A program made the translations under genes and the position numbers. 46,993 nt of DNA from Bdellovibrionota bacterium (lineage in GTDB: Bacteria; Bdellovibrionota_C; UBA2361; JBGSMV01): assembly GCA_044356455.1 (NCBI GenBank), contig JBIKWF010000023.1, positions 1 through 46,993 on the forward strand, given 5' to 3'. The notes beneath the pieces are model-generated. The model saw nothing but the letters and a program-made list of their open reading frames with translations. It made no database searches and was not told the origin of the DNA. This document shows, in pieces, positions 45,920 through 46,993 of the stretch. Position 1 is the first letter of the stretch; each line of letters starts with the position of its first letter.

Positions 45920-46993
45920 CTAGCGGTCAAATCCAACCGCAAGGTTTGCCTTTTCAGGTCCAAGAGTCTCACTTCGGAGCTGCGAGCTAAACAGCTGACC
46001 ACCTCCAACCACAAGCCGTACCTCGAGGCCTTTGGTGCCGTCGGGGCCATCCCGGAAGGGGACCGCAACGTCAAAGCGAATCACGCCGCCGCCTGTGGAG
46101 CGCGGAAAGCCGAGACGTAGACCTATGCCAGCGTCTCCGTAGAGTCTGTCAGTGAAGAGATGGTCAAGGCCATCGTTGGTTGCTCCGCCCGCGTCAATAA
46201 ATGCCGCAGCGCCGACACTCATGAGGTGAAACACATCGTCCGCAAGGTGAACCCTGTCTTCAATGTTGAGAACCATGCGTCGGTCCCCTGTGAAGGCTCT
46301 CGCTTTGTACCCACGGAGCGCATTGTCTCCGCCCACCGTGAACTGACGGTCGCCATCAAGTTGGTCCCCGTAGTCCAGGAAATAGGAGGCAGCAAAGGTG
46401 TGTTTTCCAAGAAAAGTATCGCGCTCTTTCAAGGATCCGAGCACGTGGTAGTACTTAATTTCAAAGCGTGCGAGAGAATTGACGAACTCTCCACCTTCAA
46501 ATCGTGAGGCCACTCCAGCCTCTCCTCGCACAAAAGAGCCGGCACTAAATTGGTAGCCTTTGCTTCGATTGAAAGAGAGTAAGAGCGCATCGCGCGTTGA
46601 GCCGAGGATTTCTGGGGCATACGTACCGTTTAAGTCGTACTGATCTCCAAGGTTGTAGTCCTCGACTCGATCGAATCTATCGATGTAATTCATCGGGATG
46701 AAGCGCGGCTCAAGACGCTGATAGGCGAGGTGTGGGCCACTGAAGGTCCGATTGGTAGGGAGGCGCGCAGGGTCATTGCTTACTTCAAGAGGGTTGAGGT
46801 CAAGATCCTTATAGTCCTGAGCGGAGGCCACAGAGAAATCGTCTTGAAGGTAGCTATAGCCTAGGGAGAATCGGTCGAGGGTATCCTCAGGGTCTCCCGA
46901 GCTCCAGGTGTATCTTGTGACGAACTCGTTGTTTTCTTGTCTATAAATGTAGTCTTCCTCGCCATTCTCGAACAAGCGACCGACCGTGTCAGC
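45920..46993 (-). CDS. Omp85/BamA-TamA family outer-membrane barrel (C-terminal part, truncated by window edge)
   Basis: GGDNALRGY, FIDAGGA, DAGIGLR, IRFDVAVP. Confidence 0.85.
   Translation of the reverse strand, partial: ADTVGRLFENGEEDYIYRQENNEFVTRYTWSSGDPEDTLDRFSLGYSYLQDDFSVASAQDYKDLDLNPLEVSNDPARLPTNRTFSGPHLAYQRLEPRFIPMNYIDRFDRVEDYNLGDQYDLNGTYAPEILGSTRDALLLSFNRSKGYQFSAGSFVRGEAGVASRFEGGEFVNSLARFEIKYYHVLGSLKERDTFLGKHTFAASYFLDYGDQLDGDRQFTVGGDNALRGYKARAFTGDRRMVLNIEDRVHLADDVFHLMSVGAAAFIDAGGATNDGLDHLFTDRLYGDAGIGLRLGFPRSTGGGVIRFDVAVPFRDGPDGTKGLEVRLVVGGGQLFSSQLRSETLGPEKANLAVGFDR

Noticed and set aside
1355..46620. Numerous 60-230 aa antisense or alternate-frame ORFs in the track (e.g. 1355-2017, 2302-2940, 21739-22440, 28044-28589)
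   Set aside because: They overlap well-supported genes and show Ser/Arg-rich shadow-frame composition with no motifs.

Overview
Bacterial chromosomal window, mostly housekeeping. Gene order suggests a diderm of the deltaproteobacterial/Bdellovibrionota grade (inference). It contains lspA (partial), three glycine-zipper lipoproteins, clpX, def-fmt-rpe, an Hsp20, a tilS-ftsH-cdaA-cdaR-glmM-nnr-tsaE-lysC block, an ABC exporter with an AttH-like lipocalin, class I aldolase, an A-type Fe-S carrier, a subtilase, an M29 aminopeptidase and a partial Omp85 barrel. I recognised no rRNA, tRNA, CRISPR array or transposase. The most striking signal is non-coding: 11 copies of a non-autonomous element, ten of 111-144 bp and one of 199 bp. 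Each has terminal inverted repeats (consensus GGAACCTCTGAAAAA), mostly YTAR-like 4-bp flanks, and one of several palindromic cores that all obey a (CRC-N-RAG-NN)x3 9-bp-period rule. The core also occurs without the terminal repeats. Most copies sit at stop codons and two donate the stop. Also present are a second MITE type, a GTAG-type REP pair with covarying stems, a 32-aa Lys/Arg-rich ORF missed by the ORF track, an apparently catalytically dead tyrosine-recombinase derivative, and a divergent class II nucleotidyltransferase that has lost the CCA template residues. All protein calls come from motif recognition by eye; no searches were run.
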